A stretch of 64,000 nucleotides of DNA from assembly GCA_031423355.1 (NCBI GenBank), contig JANPFJ010000012.1, positions 7,640 to 71,639 of the forward strand, written 5' to 3'. A program made the translations under genes and the position numbers. The stretch comes from Gemmatimonadaceae bacterium. Its GTDB lineage: Bacteria; Gemmatimonadota; Gemmatimonadetes; Gemmatimonadales; Gemmatimonadaceae. Each line of letters begins with the position of its first letter. Positions within the stretch are counted from its first letter, which is position 1. Positions 18,334 through 28,731 of this stretch are shown one piece after another. Below the pieces are notes generated by a model. The model saw nothing but the letters and a program-made list of their open reading frames with translations. It was not told the origin of the DNA and made no database searches.

Positions 18334-18980
18334 TAGTCTCTCCCTGTGAGGATGTCGCGCATGAGCTCTGCGCAGCGCTCGAGCCGAGCGCGTTGTTCCG
18401 GGTCGAGTTGTCCGCGGACGGAGAGTTCGACGTCGGGGGTGATACCGATGGTGATCCACTGTTCGCTCCGCGCCTTGCCGGTGGCGGGGGAGCGGGCGCC
18501 GGTCTCCATGAGTCGGCGTTCGAGGGCTTCGAAGCCGGAGGCGGGTCGCTTGTGCGGTGGATTGGTGACGTCGGACGACGTCAGCGCGTTGGCGGAGTGC
18601 GCGATGCCGAACATGGCCTGCGACGCCACGGACCGGAGTGAGTGGAAGTAGTCGAGGGCGGCGCCGGGGTCGGATGGGGCGTGCAGCGCCGAGGAGAGAG
18701 GCAGTTCGGGTGCGATGTCGACGGCTTTGTCGGCCCAGGCTTGGATCTGCTCCGCGGTCGCGACGAGGAGTTCGCGTCGAATGTCGGTGAGTGACATGCC
18801 GAGGAGGTCTTTCATTACACGGATGGCGCGAATGCGCTCGAGCTGGTCGGCGGGGTAGCGGGCGAGTGGGCCGCGGGTGAGGGGCCCTGGGAGGAGGCCC
18901 TGGGCGACCCAGGACCGGATGGTTCGGGACTGCAGGCCCGAGGCGTCGGCGAGATCGGCGAGGGTCAGCTCCTGTTGCAT
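18333..18980 (-). CDS. MerR-family HTH protein with an uncharacterised C-terminal domain
   Basis: LTLADLADASGLQSRTIRSWVAQGLLPGP...YPADQLERIRAIRVMKD is a MerR-type winged HTH. The gene is translationally coupled to the VWA gene. Confidence 0.75.
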   Translation of the reverse strand: MQQELTLADLADASGLQSRTIRSWVAQGLLPGPLTRGPLARYPADQLERIRAIRVMKDLLGMSLTDIRRELLVATAEQIQAWADKAVDIAPELPLSSALHAPSDPGAALDYFHSLRSVASQAMFGIAHSANALTSSDVTNPPHKRPASGFEALERRLMETGARSPATGKARSEQWITIGITPDVELSVRGQLDPEQRARLERCAELMRDILTGRD

Positions 18981-19076
18981 GCGCCGGAAGCTAGAGTCGA
19001 CATATCACCATGTCAAGATGTCGAGTAGGCGCGAGATCCCACTGACGGTCTGGGCAATGACCGTGCGACCCGCGTA

Positions 19077-19106
19077 CCTGTTGGTGCCTGTTGGTGCCTG
19101 TTGGTG
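19077..19106. repeat. 10-bp tandem repeat, cctgttggtg x3
   Basis: Read directly from the sequence; it lies just downstream (lower coordinates) of the IstB relic. Confidence 0.8.
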
Positions 19107-19148
19107 CCGGTGGTCCTCATTGTGCGCGTGGCGCGCCTCGCCGCGACC

Positions 19149-19331
19149 AGTGTCGATCAGCGCGCCGGCCATGACGTCATCACGTAAGATCTCGCCCCAC
19201 GCCTCGAAGCCCTTGTTGCTGGTGAGCACCGTGGAGGCGCGTTCGTAGCGCCGACTCATCAGCTGGTAAAACAATTGCGCGCCGGTCCGTGAGATGGGGA
19301 GATACCCGATCTCACCGATCACCATCAATTC
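19149..19331 (-). pseudogene. IS21-family IstB helper ATPase, ~60-aa internal relic
   Basis: LMVIGEIGYLPISRTGAQLFYQLMSRRYERASTVLTSNKGFEAWGEILRDDVMAGALID matches the Walker B/sensor region of IstB. No N- or C-terminal parts are present. Confidence 0.75.
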
Positions 19332-19540
19332 CCGACACCGTGACTGGTGTCGAGACTCGCAAGCGCGCCTGTCGTTTACACCGTGATTCCAGGCGATCCT
19401 TGCCAGCGTCGTCGTGCCGCTCGATCTTCGCTGCGTCGTGCTCGTAGCTGCCCGATCCGTTCGCCATGCGTGACACTCGATGAAATGAGGGAGGTGGCTA
19501 CCGTGAAACGCCGCATCATGCACTCGTTCCGCGGTACCGA

Positions 19541-20812
19541 ATGAGCGCCAGCTCCACGAAGTCGACCGCATCGATCCCGCCGAGCCAAACCGCATGGCCG
19601 GCGTGGTACACCGTCGTCCTGCTCTGCAGCGCGGCGGTCTTCATCGCCTATATCGACCGCACCAACATCTCGGTCGCGTCGATTGCGATGCAGGAGCAGT
19701 TCCACTGGACCGAGACGACGAAGGGTTACGTACTCTCGTCGTTCTTCATCGGGTACCTGATCCTGCAGGTCGCGAGTGGCACACTGGCCAACCGGTACGG
19801 TGGAAGAATCGTGCTGGGCGTGGCTGTGTTCTGGTGGTCGCTGTTCACGATCGTGACGCCCCCTGCCGCGCTGCTGTCGTTTTCGGCGCTGATCGCCGCG
19901 CGAATCGCGCTCGGCCTCGGTGAAGCCGCGGTCTTTCCCGCATCGATCAACATGATCGGCCGCTGGGTTCCGCCAGCCAAGCGGTCGCGCGCGGTGGCGA
20001 TCTGCATCAGCGGCCTCTCCCTCGGCACCGTGGTCTCGCTGCCGCTGACTGGTGCACTGGTGAAATCGCAGGGATGGCCAGCACCGTTTTACGTCTTCGG
20101 TGTGGTCGGGCTGGTGTGGACGGTGATCTGGTTCATGAGTGTGCGGTCCGGGCGGGCGAGCGTCGATGACGAAGCGGATGAGGCGCCGGTGGCGCGGGGC
20201 GGTATTCCGTATGCGCGCATCGTCCGCACGCCCGCGGTGTGGGCGATCATCGCCTGCCACTTCGCCAACAATTGGATTCTCTACCTGTTGCTGGCGTGGC
20301 TGCCAAGCTACTTCAAGTCGACGTTCGGCGTCTCATTGACCAACGCTGGGCTCCTCTCCGCCGCACCGTGGCTCTGCACCTTCGTGACGGCGAACATCTC
20401 CGGGGTTGCGGCGGATCGGATGATCGCCGCCGGCCGCAGCGCGGGATTCACGCGCAAGCTGCTGCAGACCCTTGGTACGGGCGGCTCCGCCTGCGTGCTA
20501 CTGCTGCTGCCGCACGTGACCACGGCCGGCGCGGGTGTCGCGGTGATGTGCTGCGCGTCGGGGCTGCTGGGACTCTGTCAGGCAGGGTTCGCCGCGAACG
20601 GCTTCGACATCGCGCCGCGGTATGCTGATGTCATCTGGGGGATCAGCAACACCTTCGGCACCATTCCGGGGATCGTGGGCGTGGCCATCACCGGGTGGCT
20701 GGTGGATCGTACCGGCAGCTACGACACGCCATTTCTGGTGAGTGCCGGTATCGGTTTCGCGGCGACGGCGATCTATCTCTGGCTCGGTTCGGGCGTGCGG
20801 CAGATCGACTGA
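19541..20812 (+). CDS. MFS transporter (anion:cation symporter / ACS-like)
   Basis: A 423-aa protein with about 12 hydrophobic spans. FIAYIDRTNISVA, LANRYGGR and RIALGLGEA are ACS-family motifs. Confidence 0.85.
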   Translation: MSASSTKSTASIPPSQTAWPAWYTVVLLCSAAVFIAYIDRTNISVASIAMQEQFHWTETTKGYVLSSFFIGYLILQVASGTLANRYGGRIVLGVAVFWWSLFTIVTPPAALLSFSALIAARIALGLGEAAVFPASINMIGRWVPPAKRSRAVAICISGLSLGTVVSLPLTGALVKSQGWPAPFYVFGVVGLVWTVIWFMSVRSGRASVDDEADEAPVARGGIPYARIVRTPAVWAIIACHFANNWILYLLLAWLPSYFKSTFGVSLTNAGLLSAAPWLCTFVTANISGVAADRMIAAGRSAGFTRKLLQTLGTGGSACVLLLLPHVTTAGAGVAVMCCASGLLGLCQAGFAANGFDIAPRYADVIWGISNTFGTIPGIVGVAITGWLVDRTGSYDTPFLVSAGIGFAATAIYLWLGSGVRQID

Positions 20813-20825
20813 GCCGCCGAGGCCC

Positions 20826-21167
20826 TCAGCGGACCTTGCCGAGGTGATACTGAATGCCGATGCTTTTCACGTTTGTCAGGTGAAGCACTCGACCGCACTG
20901 GACCGACTCGAAGTGCACCGCGAACGTGTCGCTCGCCCCCTGGTAACGGTTCGTCCGGGTCAGTTCCCACAGGCCGTTCATGCTCCAGCGCCCGCGATAC
21001 TCCGATTGGTAGACACGCATCGGTCCATTCACTCTGTCGATCACACCGGTGCTCTTGCTCGTGTAGGTCCCGTCGGCGTGGAACGTGAACTGGTCACTCG
21101 AGGCCGTCGAGTTTGTACCCGCACTATCCGCCGGTGGTGGTGTAGTACATGTCGACGCCGGTGGCAC
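20826..21167 (-). CDS. hypothetical protein, probably the 3' part of a frameshifted and 5'-truncated gene
   Basis: The 113-aa ORF has plausible composition (FTFHADGTYTSKSTGVIDRVNGPMRVYQSEYRGRWSMNGLWELT). A protein-like reading (VIDPRRRIAKVFRLDGTVDTLNEHDSLVVGAWSASGATGVDMYYTTT) continues upstream in another frame to about 21290, where it abuts the IS91 end motif. Confidence 0.4.
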   Translation of the reverse strand: MPPASTCTTPPPADSAGTNSTASSDQFTFHADGTYTSKSTGVIDRVNGPMRVYQSEYRGRWSMNGLWELTRTNRYQGASDTFAVHFESVQCGRVLHLTNVKSIGIQYHLGKVR

Positions 21168-21304
21168 CGCTCGCGCTCCATGCTCCCACCACGAGACTGT
21201 CGTGCTCGTTGAGTGTGTCGACCGTCCCGTCGAGGCGAAAGACTTTCGCGATGCGTCGTCGCGGGTCGATCACCCAAACGAGTTTTTTGTGCCCACGGCC
21301 AGCC

Positions 21305-21715
21305 AGTCAGCCACCTTCCCCTTCGGGATAGGAACTTCAATCATGGCGGGTTGACGATCCGTCGAGCATCCGGCGCGATCGCCGACCTCGCCAGCGCCGC
21401 GTGACGGGCGTCGGCGTGCGTGACGTGCCCCGGCTCGCGGGGGCCCGCGTCGATGGGGGGCTCCGCGCGCCGGCGTGAGTCGCGGCGCGGAGACTATCGC
21501 GGACGGCCCGTCGGCTGCCGTCGGCTGCGCTTTCCCCGTTTGCCGCGGGGGGCGGTTGCCATACCAGCCACAGTATCGCGTGATGACGTGGCCCATGTCG
21601 GGGATGTGCACCCGCACCCGGGCCAGGAACTCCAGCGGGTCCACGGTCTCCGTGCCCCCCGTCGGACCCTCCGACTTGTCGGAGCGATAGGTCACGCTGA
21701 AGCCGCTTTCGCAGC
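21305..21715 (-). mobile_element. IS91-family (Y2 rolling-circle) transposase relic: C-terminal part with an internal deletion, plus the end motif
   Basis: TYRSDKSEGPTGGTETVDPLEFLARVRVHIPDMGHVITRYCGWYGNRP...HAGARSPPSTRAP is parallel to the fuller copy at 37860-38300. The end motif gattgaagttcctatcccgaa (minus strand) lies at about 21310-21335. Confidence 0.75.
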
Positions 21716-21876
21716 CTGATGAACGCAGACATCGTTGGACAGTGCGTCGACATCCAACGGGTGTCGTGTCGGCACCGACCGCACGCGTTACACTTCGAGC
21801 GTGTGGACGCGTATGAGTCCGGGAGTACCTTTCGATTCGCCGTTATCCCCAACCGTGTGCCGAGGCTTCGCACGTC

Positions 21877-22251
21877 ATGCCGAAGATTCTGCTCATCGAA
21901 GACAACGAAATGAACCGCGACATGCTCTCGCGCCGACTGATCAAGCGCGGCTACGAGGTCGTGATTGCGGAAGATGGACAGGTCGGAGTCGATTTGGCGC
22001 GGCGTGAGATGCCGGCCGTGATCCTGATGGACATGAGCTTGCCGGTGATCGATGGATGGCAGGCGACGAGAATGCTCAAGGCGGACGAGACGATGCGGCA
22101 TATTCCGATCATCGCGCTTACCGCGCATGCCATGACGGGTGACGAGCAGAAGGCCCGTGAGGCCGGCTGCGACGACTTCGATACGAAGCCTGTCGATCTG
22201 GCCCGGTTGCTTGGCAAGATCGAGGCATTCCTCGGCCCCGCCGCCTCGTAA
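21877..22251 (+). CDS. single-domain response regulator (CheY-like receiver)
   Basis: KILLIEDNEMNRDML...VILMDMSLPVIDGW...IIALTAHAM...DFDTKP carries the D-D-K receiver residues. Confidence 0.9.
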   Translation: MPKILLIEDNEMNRDMLSRRLIKRGYEVVIAEDGQVGVDLARREMPAVILMDMSLPVIDGWQATRMLKADETMRHIPIIALTAHAMTGDEQKAREAGCDDFDTKPVDLARLLGKIEAFLGPAAS

Positions 22252-22269
22252 ACACCTGAGGGGGCACGC

Positions 22270-24210
22270 ATGCTCGCGCCAGACGCCGTAGCGGAATTGC
22301 GACACGATTTGCGCACGCCGGTGAACATCATCAGCGGATACGCAGAGATGATTCTCGAGGACGTCGGCGGCGAGGATGCCGATTCGGCGCTCGTCGGCCC
22401 TCTGCGAGCGCTTGGAGGGGAGATGCGCGACATCCTCCGACTCGTCGGCACTGTCCTGCCACCATCGGCCGCCGCCGTGTCGATGCACGACGTGCTGGGA
22501 TTGCGCGCACAGCTGCGAACCAATCGGGATCGGGTGGTCGCGCTGCTCAGCGCCGCGGCGGCCGCACCGGCGGCCGCGCGGGAAGACGTCGCTGCCGACC
22601 TGCGTCGGATGCAGGCCGCCGCCGCCAACATCGCCGGCGCGATCAGTGATCCGGTCGACGCCACGCCGCGGAGCGCCGACGTCATCCCGTCCGGCGTTAC
22701 CGCCCGCGCGGACGCGATCGCACCGGCCGACATTCTCGTCGTCGACGACGTCGAGGACAATCGGGTCGTTCTTGGCCGGCGACTCGAGCGGTTGGGCCAC
22801 CGTGTCACCACGGCATCGAACGGGATTGAAGCGCTTGCGTGCACGACGGTCACGTCATTCGACCTGATCTTTCTGGACGTGATCATGCCGGGTATGGACG
22901 GCTTCGAAACGTTGACGCGCCTGAAGGCGCGTGAGGACACGCGCGAAATCCCCGTGGTGATGATTTCCGCCCTCGACGACCTGGCCAGCGCGACGCGTTG
23001 CATCGCAGCGGGCGCGGAGGATTATCTCCCGAAGCCGTTCGACCCGCAGATCCTGCGCGCCCGTGTCGGCGCATCGCTCGAACGCAAGCGACTCCGCGAC
23101 CGCGAGCACGATTTTCTCGCGCAGACGATGCGCGTCATCGATGCCGCGCGGGCGGTCGAGGAGGGGTGTTATGTCTCCGATGTGCTGGCAGACGTCGGCA
23201 CACGCGGTGACGAACTCGGTCGGCTTGCTCGCGTCTTCGACAACATGGCGTGCGAGGTTCGTACCCGCGAAGCGCGACTGCAGCAGCAACTGCGCGATTT
23301 GCGACGTGAGATCGATGCCGTCCGCCGTGCCACGTCTCCGCCCCGCGCACCCGTCCGGCCCGAGTTCGACACCACCGTGACGTCCAGCGCGACGCTCCAG
23401 ATCGGCCGAGTCATCGGAGGGCGATACGAAGTTTTCGAGATCGCCGGCGTCGGCGGTATGGGCAGCGTCTTCCGCGCCACCGACCGTGAACTGGGGGGCG
23501 AGGTCGCCTTGAAGGTCGTGCGGCTGGATCTGCTGGAGAACGACCCGGCACTGCTGGAGTGGCTCAAGAGCGAGATTCGGCTCAGTCGGCGCATCACGCA
23601 CCCCAACGTCGTGCGCACGCATGATTACGTCGAGGCCGACGGCCTGTCGTTCATCACGATGGAGTATGTCGCGGGGGTGTCGTTGCGTGGCTTGATCGAC
23701 TCGCGCGGCGCGATCGCACCGAGCGCTTGCATCGCCTTGGGAGCACAGCTGTTCCGTGCGTTGCACGCCGCGCACGAGCAGGGTGTCGTGCACCGCGACG
23801 TGAAGCCGGACAATGTGCTCCTCTCCGACGACGGCGTCCTCAAGGTCATGGACTTCGGCATTGCGCGGCTCGTGCAGACAAGCGACACCGCCAGCCTCGA
23901 CCATGCAGGCACTCTGGCCTACATGGCGCCGGAACAGATTCTCGCCGAGCCGCTCGATGGCCGCACCGACTTGTATGCCGCAGGGGTGGTGTTGTACGAG
24001 GCGCTCACGGGACGGCTCCCCTACAGCGAGTCGAGCCCGATGGCGCTCTTCGCGCGCATGATGACCAGCAAGCCGCCCGATGCGGCCGAACTCAGGCCAG
24101 ACGTGTCACCGGCGCTTTCCGGGCTGCTGATGTCGTTGATGGCGGTCACGCCGGATGACCGCCCGTCATCCGCACGCAAGGTCGAGATCGCCCTCGAAGG
24201 GATGCGCTGA
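22270..24210 (+). CDS. multidomain signalling protein: DHp (HisKA-like H-box, no ATPase domain), receiver, HAMP-like linker and Ser/Thr kinase
   Basis: The H-box is ELRHDLRTPVNIISGYAEMILED. REC is ILVVDDVEDNR...FLDVIMPGMDGF...MISAL...DYLPKPF. The linker is DELGRLARVFDNMACEV. Kinase motifs are GVGGMGSVFRA, ALKVV, HRDVKPDNVLL, DFGIARL and APEQ. Confidence 0.85.
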   Translation: MLAPDAVAELRHDLRTPVNIISGYAEMILEDVGGEDADSALVGPLRALGGEMRDILRLVGTVLPPSAAAVSMHDVLGLRAQLRTNRDRVVALLSAAAAAPAAAREDVAADLRRMQAAAANIAGAISDPVDATPRSADVIPSGVTARADAIAPADILVVDDVEDNRVVLGRRLERLGHRVTTASNGIEALACTTVTSFDLIFLDVIMPGMDGFETLTRLKAREDTREIPVVMISALDDLASATRCIAAGAEDYLPKPFDPQILRARVGASLERKRLRDREHDFLAQTMRVIDAARAVEEGCYVSDVLADVGTRGDELGRLARVFDNMACEVRTREARLQQQLRDLRREIDAVRRATSPPRAPVRPEFDTTVTSSATLQIGRVIGGRYEVFEIAGVGGMGSVFRATDRELGGEVALKVVRLDLLENDPALLEWLKSEIRLSRRITHPNVVRTHDYVEADGLSFITMEYVAGVSLRGLIDSRGAIAPSACIALGAQLFRALHAAHEQGVVHRDVKPDNVLLSDDGVLKVMDFGIARLVQTSDTASLDHAGTLAYMAPEQILAEPLDGRTDLYAAGVVLYEALTGRLPYSESSPMALFARMMTSKPPDAAELRPDVSPALSGLLMSLMAVTPDDRPSSARKVEIALEGMR

Positions 24211-24239
24211 CCACGAGCGCCGGCCGGTTCATCCGGCCG

Positions 24240-26468
24240 TCACGGTGTCTGGTAGCTCCGCAAATGCTCGAGCAGCGTGCTCGTGTCCGTGCCGTGTTTC
24301 GTCACCAGATCCGTGATGTGGCCACCCAGGCGTTCACGATCCTCGATCGTCAGGTCCTTCGCGGTGAGGACGATGACGGGGACAACCGAAAATTCCGGTC
24401 GCAGCCGAAAGGCTTCGAGGAAATCGAAGCCGTCCATGACAGGCATGATCAGGTCGAGCAACACCAACGCCGGTGTTTCGGCGGTCGCCACTGCCAACGC
24501 CTCGGCCCCGTTGGTCGCCGTGCGCACCGTCCAGCCGCGCTCCGTCAGCGTGCGCTCCAGCTGCTCGCGCATGGCGGCATCGTCGTCCACGACGAGCACC
24601 GTCCCACCCGGCTGCAGCACGCGACCGTGCATGCGATGCAGGACGGCGCTGAGGCGATCCCAGTCGACCGGCTTCTGCAAGTAGTCGTAGACGCCAAGGG
24701 CGATGCCGAGATCCCGGCTGTCCGTCACGGTGACCAGGATCACCGGAATGTCCGCCGTGGCTGCGTCGGCCTTCAGCGCCGCGATCACGGCCCAACCATC
24801 CATCCCTGGCATCATGATGTCGGTGATGACGGCGATCGGACGCAGGGTCTTGGCCAGCGCCACGCCCTCGGAACCGTTGCTCGCGGTATACACCGCAAAG
24901 CCCTCGCGCGTGAGGAACCGCACCATCAGATCGAGCAACGCGGGATCGTCATCGATCGCAAGCACCGTGGGCCCGCTCAACGGCGTGACGGTCGCAGATT
25001 GCCCGCCGACGACTGGTCCGCGCCCGGGCACCGTTGCCGGAAGATTGACGGTGAAGACCGAGCCGACCCCGGGTGTACTCGTCACCGCGATGTCACCGCC
25101 GAGGAGCTGGCAGAACTTGCGGCTGATCGCGAGCCCGAGCCCGGTGCCACCATACTTGCGAGTCGTGGATTCGTCCGCCTGCGCGAACGCCTGAAATACC
25201 CCGGACAGCTGCTCCGGCGTCATGCCGATGCCGCTATCCTCGACGGTGAATTGCACCCAGTCGCCGTCGGCGCGCGTGGTACGCGTCACGGTCAGCGCGA
25301 TGCGACCTCCCTCCGTGAACTTGCTGGCGTTGCTCAACAGATTGAACAGCGTCTGCCGCAGCTTCGTCAGATCAGTGTGCATCGATCCCGCCGATGACGC
25401 ACCGGTGATCTCGAGACGATTCCCGCTCTTCCGGACCAGCGGGGCCACCGTCGCTTCGACGTCGCGCAGCATGGTGGCCACGTCGACCGATTCGGTGTAG
25501 ATGGTCATCTTGCCCGCCTCGACCTTCGAAAGATCGAGCACGTCGTTGATCAGCGACAGCAGGTGCCTCCCCGCTCCATTGATCTTCTTGAGATCGCTTG
25601 CCAGCGCCTCGGCACCGTCGTCGTCCGCATCGTCGGCCAGCATTTCGCTGTAGCCGATGATCGCATTGAGCGGCGTGCGCAGTTCGTGGCTCATGTTCGC
25701 CAGGAACGTGCTCTTGGTCCGGTTTGCGGACTCCGCGTCCTCCTTGGCACGCAGCAAGCCGTCGCTGAACTCGACGTTCCGCGCCCGCAGATGCAACAGG
25801 GAATCACGCAGTTGCGCGAAGGCCTGCGTCAGCTGGTCGATCTCGGTGGAGTGCCATGCGGTCGTGATCTTCACGTCGTACCGTTCGTCACGCAAGGCGT
25901 TGGCGACCACCGTCAGCTCACGCACTGGTTGCGACACCGTCCGGACGATGAGGAGCAGCGCGCCCAGCGCCACCACGACCAGACCGCCCAGCGTCTGATA
26001 CAACGGCCGGTTGAGCCTCGCGATCTGCGCGTCCAGCCGCGCGCGCGATGCCGCCACGACAACGTACCCCGTCAACGGTTCAGTCTTCACGGTCGCCTGC
26101 GCGTACAACAACGCGTCGTTCGCGCGGCGCAACACCGCCGTCGAGTCGACCGTTCGCGGGTTCACCGCGAACACACTTTCACCGCCCTGATCGTCGCGTT
26201 GCACGACTGCGACGTACTCGAAGTCGTTCGTCGACGTAGTCACCTCGATCGTTCGCGCCAGTGCCTTGAAGTCCTCGCGCGTGATCGACAGCTCGATGCT
26301 GAGCGCCGTGATGCGCGCCAGTTCCTGCATGCGCTGCTCGGTGTTCGCGCGGAACAATCGGGTCTGACGCTGCGGGTAGTAGACGCCCAGGGCCGAGAGC
26401 GAGACCGTGAGCAGGATGGCCAGCGGGAACCAGATCCGAAAGCCGATCCCGTTGATGAGCGCGCGCAT
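24240..26468 (-). CDS. hybrid sensor histidine kinase (TM sensor, HAMP, HisKA, HATPase, two receiver domains)
   Basis: Motifs are [35 protein letters not shown]1 VLAIDDDP...[11 protein letters not shown] and REC2 VLVVDDDA...[11 protein letters not shown]. Confidence 0.9.
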   Translation of the reverse strand: MRALINGIGFRIWFPLAILLTVSLSALGVYYPQRQTRLFRANTEQRMQELARITALSIELSITREDFKALARTIEVTTSTNDFEYVAVVQRDDQGGESVFAVNPRTVDSTAVLRRANDALLYAQATVKTEPLTGYVVVAASRARLDAQIARLNRPLYQTLGGLVVVALGALLLIVRTVSQPVRELTVVANALRDERYDVKITTAWHSTEIDQLTQAFAQLRDSLLHLRARNVEFSDGLLRAKEDAESANRTKSTFLANMSHELRTPLNAIIGYSEMLADDADDDGAEALASDLKKINGAGRHLLSLINDVLDLSKVEAGKMTIYTESVDVATMLRDVEATVAPLVRKSGNRLEITGASSAGSMHTDLTKLRQTLFNLLSNASKFTEGGRIALTVTRTTRADGDWVQFTVEDSGIGMTPEQLSGVFQAFAQADESTTRKYGGTGLGLAISRKFCQLLGGDIAVTSTPGVGSVFTVNLPATVPGRGPVVGGQSATVTPLSGPTVLAIDDDPALLDLMVRFLTREGFAVYTASNGSEGVALAKTLRPIAVITDIMMPGMDGWAVIAALKADAATADIPVILVTVTDSRDLGIALGVYDYLQKPVDWDRLSAVLHRMHGRVLQPGGTVLVVDDDAAMREQLERTLTERGWTVRTATNGAEALAVATAETPALVLLDLIMPVMDGFDFLEAFRLRPEFSVVPVIVLTAKDLTIEDRERLGGHITDLVTKHGTDTSTLLEHLRSYQTP

Positions 26469-26473
26469 CCGCG

Positions 26474-27007
26474 TTACCGAACCTGGATCACGAGTTCCTT
26501 CGGGACGTCGCTCCTGGCCGGCACCATTGCGACGGTGCCCGGGGTGCGCTTGACGAACGCGATCACGTCGTCCGCTGTGTCGAGGAACACGGGCGGATTG
26601 GCGCGGCCCTGGAACACCAGCGCCAACCAGTACTTCTGCATCGCCATCCGCGTCATGTCCAGCGCAACCCGCGCGAAATCTTCCGCATAGTCGGCGCGAC
26701 TCGACGGCAGGACGATGATCACTGTCTGCTTCGACGCCCAGATGGATCGCTCACCACGGAAGATCGCGTGCAGTGCGGCGGCGTCCACGTCGGACGCGCC
26801 GGTGCGGTTGCCGATCAACACGAACTCGGCTTTCTGCGCGCGGGCATGCGCGTCAACGGAGTCATGGCTCGTCGTGACCTGTCCCGGCGTCTCGGCACGC
26901 ACCACGCGTGGCAGCGAGCACATTGCCCCAACCATTGCGACGAGCAGCAGCGCCAGGTGCGTCAGCGCTGCGATTCGCACCAAGGGGACCTGGCGTGTCG
27001 GCCGCAT
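26474..27007 (-). CDS. periplasmic substrate-binding-like (PBP2/phosphate-binding-like) protein
   Basis: A 177-aa protein with a signal peptide. [21 protein letters not shown]...[14 protein letters not shown] resembles small PstS-like proteins often encoded next to sensor kinases. The stop/start junctions with both neighbours are tight. Confidence 0.55.
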   Translation of the reverse strand: MRPTRQVPLVRIAALTHLALLLVAMVGAMCSLPRVVRAETPGQVTTSHDSVDAHARAQKAEFVLIGNRTGASDVDAAALHAIFRGERSIWASKQTVIIVLPSSRADYAEDFARVALDMTRMAMQKYWLALVFQGRANPPVFLDTADDVIAFVKRTPGTVAMVPARSDVPKELVIQVR

Positions 27008-28107
27008 CAGAAACCGTACGCCAGCTGCATGCGCAATCCCAGCGTCTGCGCACGCGTGATCGGCAGCGATGCCGTGGGGCTGTTCACCGGGTAGCGCGAA
27101 TATTCGTACTGGTGCTCGATCTGCGTCTTGATGCTCACCATCGCGCTGATCTCGAACCGCATGCCAGCCGCGACCTTGCGCTTGTCGAGCGGATACACAT
27201 GGAGGTCGTTGTCGGCGACGCGGATGTAATCGGCAAGCGCGTACGGAGTGACACGTTCACTGACGCGCACGCCCAGGTATATGAAGTTTGAGAGGTTGTG
27301 TGCCGTGCCCAGGCTGTCCGTGTGGCTCTGGCCGACGCTCAGTTCATTCAGCACCTCGATGCGATGGCCAAACCACGCCAGCGACGCGCTCTCCATCTGG
27401 TAGTTGAGTGGACCAGTGTAGAGCGTTGCCGAATGCCTCGCGGACAGCGTCTGGCCCGAGTGCGGATCAGTGCCGTTGCGCGACATGTAGTCCCGGTAGT
27501 ACGACGCTCCGATGCGTAGGCCTACGACCGGCTTCACATGAAATGCCACGGTGACTGCAGGCGTCACGCCGGCGTCCGAGACGTCGGTCGATGACAGGCC
27601 GTTCCCGACCACCACGTCGTAGCCGAACTTCGCGCGGCCGAGGTTCTGCCCCTGCGCCTGCACGCCGAGCGTGTGCAGTGGCACGATCGAGGTGAAAGCG
27701 TACGGGCGGTCCACCACCGGGAAGAACAAGCGACCATGGTGGTACACATCATTCCAGTAGTTCACCGGTGTATGCACCTTGCCGGCGATGATCGAATGAT
27801 TGTTCAGATAGCTGTACCGGACGAGCGCTCGCTCGATGCTCGGCAGGTAGCCGGTGGCCGACGACCCACTCGGCTTGATCACGGCCTCGCCCAGAAACGT
27901 CAGCCGGTCACTCAATGACGAGAACACCGTCAGGACGTGTTCACCAACCGTGAAATAGCCGTCGGTGCGGTCCGTCTTGCTGACGGTCGATTCGAGATAT
28001 CCGAACCCATTCGCCTGCGTTCGGTGCTGCGCCGCGAGACGCGACGGCAGGATGGTCACGCCCAGCGCGGCCGCAACAGCAAGGGATGTCACGACGGCAC
28101 GCTTCAT
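27007..28107 (-). CDS. outer-membrane beta-barrel porin-like protein
   Basis: Starts at ATG 28105-28107, giving MKRAVVTSLAVAAALGVTILPSRLAAQ. It has an alternating amphipathic pattern and the C-terminal motif QLAYGF. Confidence 0.7.
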   Translation of the reverse strand: MKRAVVTSLAVAAALGVTILPSRLAAQHRTQANGFGYLESTVSKTDRTDGYFTVGEHVLTVFSSLSDRLTFLGEAVIKPSGSSATGYLPSIERALVRYSYLNNHSIIAGKVHTPVNYWNDVYHHGRLFFPVVDRPYAFTSIVPLHTLGVQAQGQNLGRAKFGYDVVVGNGLSSTDVSDAGVTPAVTVAFHVKPVVGLRIGASYYRDYMSRNGTDPHSGQTLSARHSATLYTGPLNYQMESASLAWFGHRIEVLNELSVGQSHTDSLGTAHNLSNFIYLGVRVSERVTPYALADYIRVADNDLHVYPLDKRKVAAGMRFEISAMVSIKTQIEHQYEYSRYPVNSPTASLPITRAQTLGLRMQLAYGF

Positions 28108-28239
28108 CGGCGATGCGTCTCGGACAAGGGTGTTCCGACTTTCAGGCCACGAGGGCAAAACTAGCGGACGCTCTCAGCATTGGTAGGCGAGCGAGGCAAG
28201 GACTGCCGAGGCCTTGCCTCGCCTCCGTACTGGTCCTGC

Positions 28240-28674
28240 CTAGCGCTGTGCACCGTCCCAGAAACTGCGAAGCTGACGGAGTCCGCGAGACCGCACACCG
28301 TCCAGCGATGCGAGGTGCTCCTTCCAGCGCGCGGTCGAGAGATTCAGGAGCTCAGAGGCCGCCGGTTGCGCGAAGCCCATGTCCCAGTCGTCGAAGCTGC
28401 GCACCGTGATGGGTTCATCGAGGAGGATCATGATGCCATGGTGGCGCCTGCTGGCCTGAATCCGGTCGAAGACTTGGCGCACACCTTCAGCAGGCCCCTC
28501 GAGACACTGCACAATGTTGCCGTCATTGTGCAGCAGCACCCCGGTCACGCCAAGCGCACGATTGTTCCGACGAATGTTATCCAGCAGAATCTCCAGCTCC
28601 GCCTCGCTCAACGGGCGAGTTGCGGAGCTCAGATAGACAAGCGTCCGGAGCGCAGGTTCGGTCGTCACGCTCAC
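28240..28674 (-). CDS. BLUF-domain blue-light FAD photoreceptor (stand-alone)
   Basis: LRTLVYLSSATRPLSEAELEILLDNIRRNNRALGVTGVLLHNDGNIVQCLEGPAEGVRQVFDRIQASRRHH carries the BLUF signature (Y, Q and M/W context). It has a GTG start. Confidence 0.8.
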   Translation of the reverse strand: MSVTTEPALRTLVYLSSATRPLSEAELEILLDNIRRNNRALGVTGVLLHNDGNIVQCLEGPAEGVRQVFDRIQASRRHHGIMILLDEPITVRSFDDWDMGFAQPAASELLNLSTARWKEHLASLDGVRSRGLRQLRSFWDGAQR

Positions 28675-28731
28675 GAACCTATCGCGTGGTAGCACGATTG
28701 GCGTCCCGCCACCACGGCACGGTATCGGCCG

